Assembly: GCA_963743045.1 (NCBI GenBank)
Contig: CAVUOF010000009.1
Coordinates: 63,829 to 127,828 of the forward strand
Direction of reading: 5' to 3'
DNA length: 64,000 bases
Origin: an uncultured Acidobacteriota bacterium
GTDB lineage: Bacteria; Acidobacteriota; Blastocatellia; RBC074
Program-made: the position numbers and the translations under genes
Part shown: one piece after another, positions 47,026 through 57,374 of the stretch
Layout of the letters: each line of letters begins with the position of its first letter
Position numbering within the stretch: position 1 is the first letter of the stretch
Notes under the pieces: generated by a model
The model's database searches: none
What the model was told of the DNA's origin: nothing
The model's input: only the letters and a program-made list of their open reading frames with translations

Positions 47026-49646
47026 ATGGGAACCAGAATGAACAATCGGCTTCGACTGATCCTTGGCCTCCCCTTCTTTGCCATGCTCCTGACAGGCACA
47101 GTGGCAGGCATCTATCCATGGCTTCATCCACATGGAAGCAATGCCGGCTGGGACGGATCAGGCCAATTTGGCGAGTATCACATCACACAGCGTCGCCGCC
47201 GACAGTCCTGCACACGAACTACACCGCGGGGACAAGATCATTGCCGTCAATGGCACGAAAGTCTTCGATCACCCGGAAGCGCTGGGTGACGAAGACAACA
47301 TGCCGCCCGGTTCGACGTATTCGATGACGGTGAACCGCGATGGTCAGGAGCTGACATTCAGCTGGAAAACCATTCCCAAAAAGCCTCAGCCCTTTCCGTG
47401 GAACCGGCTGGTCACTCTGCTGTTCTGGCTGGGAGGTCTGCTCGTCCTGTTGCTAAAGGCCGAGGACCAGCAGGCGTGGCTGCTTGCGCTGATGCTCGGC
47501 ACGTTCTCGACGCTGCTGGGTGGCGGTTCCAGGATCTACCGTCCAAATGGTTGATGTGGCTTGTCGTTCTCAGTCACATCGCCGGACTCTTTTCGTTTGC
47601 CCTGCTCTTTCATCTGTTCCTCTACTTTCCTCAACCCTCTGCATGGTTGCGGCGGTGGCCGCGATTGACAACGTGGCTCTATCTTCCGCTCTGTCTCTTT
47701 GTGTTGCCGAGCTTTGGCGTTGGCCGGTTGCCGGCGCAGTATTCGACTCCAATCTTCAGATGGCCGCCCATGCGCTGGCTGATGGGGCATGGATTGTTGA
47801 CTGGCCGCCTTCGTCACAATCCTGGCTTACCTGGTCGCAGCGCTGGCTTGTCTGTGGCTCAATTATCGGACAAGCGATATCAGCGGCCGGAGGCGGCTGC
47901 GCGTGATCCTGTGGGGAAGCCTGATAGGGTTTGGCAGCCTATTTCTGATCATCGTCATGGAGGTGACCGGCACGCGAGAGAGGTTCGAAACATTCTGGGA
48001 CTGGCTGCAATATTCGACGCTCTTTACACTGCCGCTCGTTCCGCTCAGTTTCGCCTACGCGATTGTCCGCCATCGAGTCATACCGATCAGCCTGATTATT
48101 CGCCGCGGCGTGCGCTACGTGCTGGTCTCGCGCGGGTCGGTCCTGCTGGCACTCCTCTTTGCGGGTCTCATTGTCGCAGGGACGCTCGCTCTCGTGTTCA
48201 GGCATGTGCGTCCGTCGGGGCTGATCATTGGGCTCGTATCTGCCGCTGTAGGTATCGCCGCCTGGCAGGCAGCGCGCTGGCTGCATCGCCGCTATCTCGC
48301 ACCGGTGATTGACCGGCAGTTTTTCCGGCAGGCCTATGACGCCCGGCAGATCGTGGCCGAGTTGTCTGAATCACTTCGCACGACTGCGGAGATTCCCCGC
48401 CTGCTCGGTTCGGTGGCGAAGACGCTTCAGGCGGCGCTACAGACCAAAGGCGTCGTCATGCTGCTGCGCGATGGGGCGACAGGCGAATATCGCAGCGCTT
48501 ATGCGTGCGAGTACAGCCGGTCCGAAGGTCGTGCAGTCGAGTCGTCGTGCGCGAGTCATCTGATGCCGGGCGCAGCGTCGCTCAGGCAGCTGATTCAGAC
48601 GGGTGAGCCACTCGAACTGGATGGCAGCGATCCGGCGTTCAACCTCGAGGCGAACGGCAACTCGCAGCTGACAAAGGAAGAACGAGCAGCGCTGGTGCGA
48701 AATGAAGTCTGCGCTGCTGCTGCCGCTGAAGACGAAGGATGCCATGCCCGGCGTCGTTGCTCTCGGCCCTCGGCTGGGCGATCTGCCGTTTTCGGGAGAA
48801 GACAAGCAGCTTCTCCAGTCGGTCGGCGCATCAGCTTCAATGGCGCTGGAGAACGCGCAGCTGGTCGAAGGCATGATCACGGAAGCCAGGCGTCGTCAGG
48901 AGATCGAAGCCGAAAACGAGCAGCGCGCCAGAGAGCTGGAAGGAGCGCGCCAACTGCAGCTCTCGATGCTGCCGAGGGATGTGCCGCAGCTGCCGAATGT
49001 CGAAATCGCTACCTTGACGAGGCCGGCGACCGAGGTTGGCGGCGACTACTATGATTTTCATCTGGGGCCGGACGGCGCACTGACGATAGCCATAGGTGAT
49101 GCGACCGGACACGGCTTGCGAGCGGGTACCGTGGTCACCGCGACCAAAGGGCTCTTCAATCATCTCGCCGGCCAGGACGACCTTGTCGCAACTCTCTCGC
49201 AAACCTCCCGGGCATTGAAGCAGATGAATCTGCGCTCGCTCTTCATGGCCCTGACGCTGGTCAGGCTGTCGGGCGACCATTTGCAGTGCAGTGTTGCCGG
49301 AATGCCTCCGATTCTCGTCTATCGCGCCGCGATGAAGACGATCGAAGAGATTCCTCTCTACGGCGTACCCCTCGGTGGATTTCTCAGTTATGACTATCGG
49401 CAGGCTGAAGTGACTCTTGAAGCGGGAGACCTCGTTCTCCTGATGAGCGACGGTCTGGCGGAGCGTTTCAACTCTGCCGGCGAGATGCTCGGGTACGATA
49501 TGATCAAGGAGTTTCTGCTCGAGCATGCCGGTTCGTCTCCGCAAGCCATTCTCGACGATCTGGTGCGTGCAAGTGATGTGTGGGCTGACGGTAAACTGGC
49601 GGACGATGATATGACGTTCGTCGCGCTGCGACGCAAGGCTCAGTGA
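47026..49646 (+). pseudogene. membrane sensor phosphatase: PDZ + multi-TM + GAF-like + PP2C/SpoIIE domain; at least four frame changes
   Basis: Pieces are in ORFs 46966..47289, 47132..47554, 47398..48312, 47903..49054 and 48702..49646. PDZ-like: SVAADSPAHELHRGDKIIAVNGTKV. Several TM helices. PP2C: GGDYYDF...IAIGDATGHGLRAG...LLMSDGLAE...DDMTFVALRR. Confidence 0.7.
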
Positions 49647-49686
49647 CAAAAGATGGCTATGTTGAAATAATGCTGAGGGGCATCAA

Positions 49687-50628
49687 ATGACTATCAGCAG
49701 GCGCCATTTCCTGGGAACAATCGCAGCCGCGGCAGCAGCGTCACGCCTGAGGGCGCAGTCGCCGGGATCGACTCAATGGGGCGGTCCGGTCCTTGACATA
49801 CATCTGCACCTGCGCCAGAACCCTGAGGCCAACGTTGTCCACATGGATGGATGCGGTGTCTCGAACGCTGTTCTCCTGGCTCGGGAGAGCTCGTCCGATC
49901 AGATCAAGTCCCTTCAGGGCAGCCATCCGGGCCGGTTTTCCTGGGCTGCGAGTGCCGATATCACAAGGCCTGAGGCGGAAGGACTGCTCACGAAGGCAAT
50001 CAGGAACGGCGCCGTGGGCTTCGGCGAGATCAAGTTCCATGTTGCCGCAGATGGCCCCGAACTCCGGCGAATGTATGCGCTGGCAGCTGACCTCGGCGTT
50101 CCGATCCTGATTCACTTTCAGGAGGTGCCGCACTTCGACGGTGAGGGCGTCTTCAGCACCGGATTCAAGAAGTTTGAAACGATCCTCAAGGCATATCCGC
50201 GAACGCGGTTCATCGGGCATGCGGATGCCTTCTGGGCCAATGTCAGTGCGGGTTATGCTGACGATGTGGCCTATCCGTCCGGGCCTGTCAAACCTGGCGG
50301 CTTGACTGACAGGCTACTCTCAGACTATGGCAATCTCTACGGAGACCTGTCGGCGAATTCCGGCAACAATGCTCTCTCGCGCGATGCCGACTTCACCAGG
50401 GGGTTTCTGGTGCGCCATCAGGATAAGTTGCTCTTTGGGAGCGATTGCAGCTGTACCGACGGCAAGGGAGGCGGCACATCACAGGCTAACAATCCGGCCG
50501 CCAGCCGTCTTGCCGGCAAGTGTGTTGCCAGAGAGACGCTGACGCTCTTGAAAGCGTCGGCCTCACCTGATGTCTTTCGCAAGCTGACGTGGGTGAACAG
50601 TCACAAGGTTTTCAAGATTGATGGCTGA
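49687..50628 (+). CDS. amidohydrolase-family metal-dependent hydrolase with Tat signal
   Basis: MTISRRHFLGTIAAAAAASRLRAQ, VLDIHLHL (HxH), FIGHADAFW, LLFGSDC. Intact. Confidence 0.7.
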   Translation: MTISRRHFLGTIAAAAAASRLRAQSPGSTQWGGPVLDIHLHLRQNPEANVVHMDGCGVSNAVLLARESSSDQIKSLQGSHPGRFSWAASADITRPEAEGLLTKAIRNGAVGFGEIKFHVAADGPELRRMYALAADLGVPILIHFQEVPHFDGEGVFSTGFKKFETILKAYPRTRFIGHADAFWANVSAGYADDVAYPSGPVKPGGLTDRLLSDYGNLYGDLSANSGNNALSRDADFTRGFLVRHQDKLLFGSDCSCTDGKGGGTSQANNPAASRLAGKCVARETLTLLKASASPDVFRKLTWVNSHKVFKIDG

Positions 50629-50646
50629 AACGCGCCGACCGGCTTA

Positions 50647-50772
50647 GTATGGAGTGCGGCGACTTGTCGCCGCTTTTGATTTAGTTTCTGCAGGATTATG
50701 ATTTGCGCGCGCATTCTTCTTCACCATGCAATGTCTAAATCAACAGCGGCGACAAGTCGCCGCACTCCATAC
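50647..50772. repeat. R1 element (TATGGAGTGCGGC subtype)
   Basis: GTATGGAGTGCGGCGACTTGTCGCCGCTTTTGATTTAG ... CTAAATCAACAGCGGCGACAAGTCGCCGCACTCCATAC. It starts 19 nt after the stop at 50628. Confidence 0.9.
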
Positions 50773-50823
50773 TGAGCCAGTGGGCGCCTTCGAATAGGTC
50801 TCCCTTGTCTGACGGAGAAACGA

Positions 50824-51291
50824 ATGATTCAACTCATAGTCAATGGCAAAACGACGCAGTTCGATGGTGATCCGCAAATGCCGCTGCTCTGGTTCCTCCG
50901 AGATCAGCTGCAACTCACCGGCACGAAATATGGATGCGGCGAAGGGCTGTGCGGAGCCTGCACGGTGCACGTCAATGGCCAGGCGGCTCGCAGCTGCCAG
51001 ACGCCAATGAGCGGCGCGGCGGGAAAGCGCATTACGACGATCGAGGGGCTGGCCGGTGCCAAGGCAGAGCACCCGCTCCAGAAGTCGTGGAAGGCTGTCA
51101 ATGTGCCGCAGTGCGGATACTGCCAGAGCGGTCAGATCATGCAGGCCGCGGCCATGCTCAAAGCTAAGCCGAAGCCGACCGACCAGGATATTGATAAGAA
51201 CATGGCCGGCAACATCTGCCGTTGTGGAACCTATCAGCGAATCCGTGATGCGATCAAGGTCGCTGCAGGAATCAAGGAGGTGAAGGCATGA
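50824..51291 (+). CDS. (2Fe-2S)-binding small subunit of a molybdenum hydroxylase (IorA/aldehyde oxidoreductase type)
   Basis: [31 protein letters not shown]. The stop overlaps the next start (ATGA at 51288..51291). Confidence 0.9.
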   Translation: MIQLIVNGKTTQFDGDPQMPLLWFLRDQLQLTGTKYGCGEGLCGACTVHVNGQAARSCQTPMSGAAGKRITTIEGLAGAKAEHPLQKSWKAVNVPQCGYCQSGQIMQAAAMLKAKPKPTDQDIDKNMAGNICRCGTYQRIRDAIKVAAGIKEVKA

Positions 51292-53538
51292 ACGTCGAAA
51301 TTGTCAACGTGTCACGCCGCAGTTTTCTCGGGCAGCTCTTTTCGACCGGCGCTCTGGTAGTCGCGGCTCCTCTCATGCCTGCTCTGGCCCGCTCACGAGG
51401 CATGCGCCTCGATGATGCCAAGATGTGGCAGCCGAGCGTCTATCTCGGGATCGAACCGACGGGAAATGTCTCGATCGTCGCTCACCGATCGGAAATGGGG
51501 ACGGGAGCCCGGACCTGCCTGCCAATGATCGTCGCCGATGAACTGGAAGCGGACTGGAATCGTGTCCGCATCGTGCAGGCTCTTGGTGACGTCAAGTATG
51601 GCTCACAGAATACGGATGGTTCATGTTCGGTGCGTGACTTCTACGACGCCCTCCGTTCTGCCGGCGCAGCCGCGCGGACGACGCTCGAGCACGCCGCGGC
51701 CGGCAAATGGGGAGTGCCGGAAGAGGAGTGCCGCGGGCAGAATCATTTCGTGGTTCATGCAAAGACAGGTCGCAAGCTCGGATACGGCGAGATCATCCCG
51801 TTGATTCCGGCCACCGCCACGGCTCCGCAGCAGAATGCGTTGCGCTTCAAGACGCCCAAAGAGTTTCGCTACATCGGCAAGGATCTGCCTCTCACGGACC
51901 TGAGTGATCTCGTCACCGGGCGCGGCACATTTGGCATCGACGCTCGCATGCCTGGCATGGTCTATGCGTCGATCGAACGATCGCCGGTCATGGGCGGCAC
52001 GCTCAAGAAGTATGACGAAGCGGCGCCCAAACAGGTCAAAGGCGTGCAGCAGGTCGTCGTTGTCGAGGCGGCAAAACCGCCATACGGATTCAAGCCTCTT
52101 GGTGGTGTCGCGGTGATTGCCGACAACAGCTGGTCAGCCATTCAGGGTCGCAAGCAGTTGAAGGCCGAGTGGGAGACGAGCGAGCACGCATCCTACGACT
52201 CAAAGGAGTATCAGAAGTACCTGATCGAGACGCGCTAAGAAGCCCGGTCGGTCGGCACGCGAGATGGGCGACGTGGAGGCCGAGTTCGCGAAGGGTGGCA
52301 AGACGCTCGAAGCGTCCTACTACACGCCGATGCTCGCACACGCGCCGATGGAGCCGCCGGCGGCGGTCGCCGAATTCAAGGATGGCAAGGTTGTCACCTG
52401 GGCGGCAACTCAGAATCCGCAGGCAGTTCAGGACACGGTGGCCAAGGCAGTAGGGATCAACAAAAACGATGTCATCTGCCATGTGACACTTCTCGGCGGC
52501 GGCTTCGGGCGCAAGTCGAAACCCGATTACGTAGCCGAGGCTGCGCTGCTCTCGAAGCAGGTCGGCAAACCGGTCAAGATAGTCTGGAGCCGCGAAGACG
52601 ACGTCCGCTTCGACTACTTCCATTCACCGGCTGGTCTGTATCTGAAGGCCGCAGTCGACTCGAAGGGCCTGCCGACAGCCTGGCTGCAGCGCACCGTCTT
52701 CCCGCCGATCGCCATGCAGGGCAATCCAGATGAGCAGTACGGCGGGTTTCAGCTCGGCATGGGCTTCACCGATGTGCCCTATCCCATTCCGAATCTGAGA
52801 GTCGAGAACGGGCCGGCCCAGGCTCACGTCCGCATCGGATGGCTGCGATCGGTGTCCAATATCTATCACGCCTTCGGAGTCCAGTCGTTCACGGACGAGC
52901 TGGCGGCGGCGGCGGGGCGTGATCGGGTTGAGTACCTGCTTGCATTGATTGGGGAACCCCGGACCATCGATTTCGCAAAGGAGGGCTTGAAGACCGCCGG
53001 GCGCGAGAATCCAAAGTTTCGATTCGAGACTGCGAGACTAAGGAATGTCATCAATCTCGTTGCCGAGCAGTCGAACTGGGCAAAGAAGAAGCCTGCGGCT
53101 GGACGAGCTTTGGGAATAGCCGTGCATCGTAGCTTCCTGACCTATGTCGCAGCGGTAGTCGAAGTCGAGGTCAATGACAAGGGAGTCGTCAGGATTCCGC
53201 GAGTTGACATCGCTCTCGATGCCGGGCAGGTGATCAACCCTGATCGAGTCAAGGCTCAGTTTGAAGGCGCGGCAGTCTTCGGCACCAGCATCGCGCTGAT
53301 GAGCGAGGTGACTGCGGCCGGAGGGGTAATCCAGGAATCAAACTTCGATGGCTATCGGGTAGCTAGGATCACTGAGGCGCCGCTTATCACGAATGTGCAG
53401 ATAGTGAAGTCTGAGGCGGCTCCGGCTGGAGTTGGCGAGCCGGGAGTTCCTCCGATAGCGCCTGCGATCTGCAACGCAATATTTGCGGCGACGGGCAAGC
53501 GAATTCGCGAGCTTCCGATCAAGAAACAACTTGCCTGA
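51288..53538 (+). pseudogene. molybdopterin-binding large subunit (IorB / xanthine dehydrogenase family) with Tat signal; one frame change
   Basis: [28 protein letters not shown]. ORFs 51288..52238 and 52264..53538 join near 52233. YYTPMLAHAPMEP, LLGGGFGRK, GVGEPGVPPIAPAICNAIFAATGKRIRELP. Confidence 0.8.
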
Positions 53539-53697
53539 TTACCAGCGCGGTAGGGCTGTGACGAGAGCGCAATTGACCTGGTAAGCGTCCAGATCTGTCG
53601 GCCATAACTGCGCCGTACTGGTTGCCGCTCATCGTGTGTCCAATGACTCACCTCGCCCGCGGCCTGCTCTGGCATTCCATGAGAACAAGGAGTAGCG

Positions 53698-55248
53698 ATG
53701 AAGTACCTGGTAGGAGTGCTTCTGGCCGCGGTCACTTTCCAGCCGATGAACGTCGGAGGGGCCCAGCGTGCCCAACGCCCCAACATTATCTTCATCATGT
53801 CTGACGACCATGCGGCACACGCGATAGGTGCGTACGGGTCGCATGTCAACAAGACGCCATACATCGATCGCCTCGCGCGCGAGGGCGCACTCCTCACGAA
53901 TGTCTTTGCGACGAACTCGATTTGCACGCCAAGCCGAGCCGCAATTCTCACCGGCCAGTACTCACACATCAATGGCGTGACCATGTTCAATCGGTTCGAC
54001 AGCTCGCGCATGACAGTCGCGCGGCTGCTGCAGCAGGGCGGCTACTACACGGGGATGATCGGTAAGTGGCATCTGGGCAGCGATCCGGTCGGGTTCGACC
54101 GCTGGGAGATTCTGCCCGGCCAGGGAGTCTACCGCGATCCCGGTCTTCTACACTGCGACCGGAGAGAAGACCTACACCGGGCGATACAACGGAAGTCATC
54201 ACGGACCTGGCACTGCAGTTCGTGGAGAACCGTCCGCGCGACAAGCCGTTCTTCCTGATGATGCATCACAAGGCGCCACACCGGCCCTGGGAGCCGACCA
54301 CCGCCCACGCGGCTCATTTCGCGGACCAGCATATTCCTGAACCGGTAACGTTCTGGGACTCATACGAAACACGAACGGACGCACTGCACGAGAACATGCA
54401 GCGTGTTGCCGCGGACCTGACCAATCGCGATCTGAAGCTGACGCCGCCCGAAGGGGTGACTGGCGGCGGACCTCACGAAGTGGCTTGCGGCCAAGCCGAA
54501 CGAAGTGACGGTGGTTCGCGACGGCAAGACCGTGACCTTGAAGGGAGAGGCGCTTACCCGTTGGAAATACCAGCGCTACATGCAGGACTATCTTGCGACG
54601 GTGCAATCTGTGGACGACAGCGTCGGCCGCCTGCTCGATGCACTGGACAGGTTCGGTCTCGCGAGGAATACGATCGTTATCTATACGAGCGACCAGGGAT
54701 TCTTTCTCGGCGACCACGGCCTCTTCGACAAGCGATTCATGTACGAGGAGTCCATCAGAATGCCGTTTCTGGTCCGGTGGCCGGCAGGTATCAAGGCGGG
54801 AAGCAGGATCGATGCCATGGCGCTCAACATCGACTTTGCGCCCACGTTTCTTGAGGTTGCCGGCCTGCCCGTGTCAGCGGAGATGCAGGGGCGAAGCCTG
54901 CTGCCGGTGCTACGGGGCCGGGCACCGGCTGATTGGCGCACTTCGATGTACTACCGCTACTACCATGATCCTGGTGACCACAATACGAGGGCGCACTATG
55001 GCGTACGCACTCTCACTCACAAACTGATCTATTTCTGGAAGAAGGATCAATGGGAACTGTTCGACCTGGTTAACGATCCGTATGAGCTTCACAACCTGTA
55101 CGGCGAGCCGGGGCAGGAGGCACTGACGTCGAGCCTGAAGAAGGAGCTCGCAAGATTGAAGCGCGAGGTTCGAGACGACGATCAGCTTGCCAACGAGCAG
55201 CTGCCAAACGGGGTCGACGGCCCAGTGGCGAGATTGAGAGGGAAGTGA
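53698..55248 (+). pseudogene. Cys-type sulfatase (formylglycine-dependent); three frame changes
   Basis: AAGGAG RBS. NIIFIMSDDH...CTPSRAAILTGQYSH...GKWHLG, then DKPFFLMMHHKAPHRPW and IVIYTSDQGFFLGDHGLFDKRFMYEES in other frames. Junctions at 54139 (ccc run), about 54180 and about 54460. Confidence 0.8.
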
Positions 55249-55284
55249 CTCCGACTCGCTCCGTGGCGATGGCGCCACGGGTGG

Positions 55285-55368
55285 GGGCGGCTCGCGAGCC
55301 GCCCCTACGACCGCAACGTTGTAGGGGCGGGGCTTGTCCCTGCCCGTCCCGCGCCGTCCGGCGCGGGG
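55285..55368. repeat. R3 palindromes
   Basis: GGGCGGCTCGCGAGCCGCCCCTAC followed by TGTAGGGGCGGGGCTTGTCCCTGCCCGTCCCGCGCCGTCCGGCGCGGGG. Confidence 0.85.
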
Positions 55369-55399
55369 ATATCGAATCAATTAAGGAGAACATTTTGTC

Positions 55400-56419
55400 A
55401 TGTCCAAAACAGACACCGTTACCCCTGAAAAAATCATGCAGCTTGGACTGGGATTCTGGGGCTCGAAAACTCTTTTGAGCGCAATCGAGCTCGGAGTGTT
55501 CACTGAGCTGTCAGGCGGCCACTTAAGCGCACAGGCGCTTGCCGAACGCCTGGGACTACACTCTCGCAGTGCACGCGATTTCTTCGATGCGCTGGTTTCG
55601 CTCGGCATGGTCGAACGTGAAGACAATCTCTATCGTAACACCCCCGCGACCGATTTATTTCTGGTGCGCGGCAAGCCCTCTTATCTCGGCGGGATGCTGG
55701 AGATGGCAAACGAGCGGCTCTATCCCTTCTGGGGGTCGCTTACCGAAGCGCTCCGCACCGGAAAGCCTCAGAATGAGATGAAGACCGGAGGTGCGGGACT
55801 ATTCGAAAGCGTTTACGGAGACCCTGATCGGCTGCGCCTCTTTCTCGGCGCCATGACCGGATTGAGTATGGGCGCATCGCGGGCCATCGCCGAGAAGTTC
55901 CCCTGGCGCGATTACAAAACAATTGTTGACGTTGGAGGAGCGCAGGGAGGATTGCTGGTGCAGGTTTGTCTGGCTAATCCTCATCTGACTGGAACCAACT
56001 TCGACCTGGCTGTGGTTGGGCCGGTCTTCGAAGAATACGCAGCTCTTCACGGACTCACCGATAGACTCAGCTTCCAGGCGGGCAGTTTCTTCGACTCGCC
56101 TCTGCCGTCTGCGGACGTGATCACCATGGGTCACATTCTGCATGACTGGAACCTCGACGAAAAACGTATGCTGCTCGACAAGGCCTACCAGGCGTTGCCT
56201 GAGGGAGGCGCCCTGATCGTCTTTGAAGCGCTGATTGATGACGAGCGGCGGGAGAATGCCTTTGGGCTATTGATGAGCCTCAATATGCTGATCGAGACTC
56301 CCGGCGGATTTGATTACACAGGGCAGGATTGCGCGGGATGGATGCGCGAAGCGGGCTTCCGCAAGACCATTGTGGAACACCTGATCGGCCCCGATTCGAT
56401 GGTCATCGGAATCAAGTGA
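55400..56419 (+). CDS. class I SAM-dependent O-methyltransferase (family 2, with N-terminal dimerisation/winged-helix domain)
   Basis: [34 protein letters not shown]..., SAM motif [19 protein letters not shown]. Intact 339 aa. Confidence 0.8.
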   Translation: MSKTDTVTPEKIMQLGLGFWGSKTLLSAIELGVFTELSGGHLSAQALAERLGLHSRSARDFFDALVSLGMVEREDNLYRNTPATDLFLVRGKPSYLGGMLEMANERLYPFWGSLTEALRTGKPQNEMKTGGAGLFESVYGDPDRLRLFLGAMTGLSMGASRAIAEKFPWRDYKTIVDVGGAQGGLLVQVCLANPHLTGTNFDLAVVGPVFEEYAALHGLTDRLSFQAGSFFDSPLPSADVITMGHILHDWNLDEKRMLLDKAYQALPEGGALIVFEALIDDERRENAFGLLMSLNMLIETPGGFDYTGQDCAGWMREAGFRKTIVEHLIGPDSMVIGIK

Positions 56420-56978
56420 AGCGAGGTTCGTTATCTCGTCGAGCCAGCCCATGGAGTCGTAAGCGATCCTGGTCTTATCACTGCCTTCTTTGCGATCGTC
56501 GTTTTGACTTGAATAGTACTCGCTGATTGCGATAAACACTACTACCGCGATGCCGGCTAAACAGCCAGGCTGGGTCGGAGCTACCTGGAGAACTAAACAG
56601 GCGGAGGATTGAACTGTGTCAGGGACTGAATTTGAAGCTGAGCTTCAGGGGCGAATCAATGAGCTTGAGAAAGAGAATGAATCATTGCCTTCGAGCAACG
56701 CTCGAACCTCCGCACGGTCGCGCGGTGATGGATGTGCTCTTCGAGCGGTCTGAGATCCTTCGTCTTCGAGGACACTCCGGAGACATCCGGAGCTCGGCAT
56801 AGACGAGCGGGGCGCAATCGAACCAGGAACATCGGAGATTGCAGACGCCATCGCAGGCGAGGAGCATTCCTTATCTCGACGGGAAATGGCAGAATACCCC
56901 GAACTGTCACTGCATTAGTAGCACGAAGAACCTGGTGGACCGTATCACTGACATCACTAGCGAACGACATCATCTTGC

Positions 56979-57176
56979 GCGCCAACGGCGCGACCTAAAA
57001 TAGCCCGGGGCGAAGCCCCGGGTTTGGTGGACGAGTCGTCACCAAGCCCCAAAGGGGCGCCGTCGCAACCAAGATCAAATGCTCGAAAACGGCGCCCCGT
57101 TGGGGCTGTGCTTCATAGCACGCCAAATACCCAGGGCTTCGCCCTGGGCTGTTTTCGGTCGCGCCGTTGGCGCGGC
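56979..57176. repeat. R5-type cluster of GC hairpins bounded by an 18-bp inverted repeat
   Basis: GCGCGCCAACGGCGCGAC (56979..56996) versus GTCGCGCCGTTGGCGCGG (57159..57176). Inside are AGCCCGGGGCGAAGCCCCGGG, AGCCCCAAAGGGGCGCCGT/ACGGCGCCCCGTTGGGGCT and CCCAGGGCTTCGCCCTGGG. Confidence 0.85.
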
Positions 57177-57374
57177 AGTATGGGTACTTGCGATGTTATT
57201 GTTACAGTCCCACTAGTTGGAATTGCATACCTTGCCACACTGCTGAGCTGAATCGACATTATGTCAGCCAGCATGTTGCCACGCGGACGGTCTCAGCCTA
57301 AACAAGTGATGGCCACGAGCTGTCTGATCATGATCACCACCATTGATACAGCACGTCAGCGGGCGAAGCCCCCG

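Noticed and set aside
6177-50772. The short palindromic repeats separated by unique cores might be CRISPR arrays.
   Set aside because: Each locus has only two arms, and they are in inverted rather than direct orientation. Core lengths vary from 25 to 110 bp. The loci are scattered at gene ends, and no cas genes are present.
56616-56753. The coiled-coil ORF (INELEKENESL) might be an IS3-type transposase OrfA.
   Set aside because: No helix-turn-helix segment, DDE domain or terminal inverted repeats follow it. The resemblance is limited to a generic leucine-zipper-like heptad.
56790-56835. A GGTTCGATTGCGCC-like string on the minus strand resembles a tRNA T-arm.
   Set aside because: The flanking bases do not form a T-stem, acceptor stem or anticodon arm, so no cloverleaf can be drawn.
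57181-57374. A cobalamin riboswitch might lie upstream of the TonB-dependent receptor (GCCACACTG and AGCCAGCATGTTGCC resemble the B12-box region).
   Set aside because: There are only two loose matches. The conserved GGTG...AATCC core and the overall helical layout are not recognisable. A covariance-model scan would be needed to revive this.
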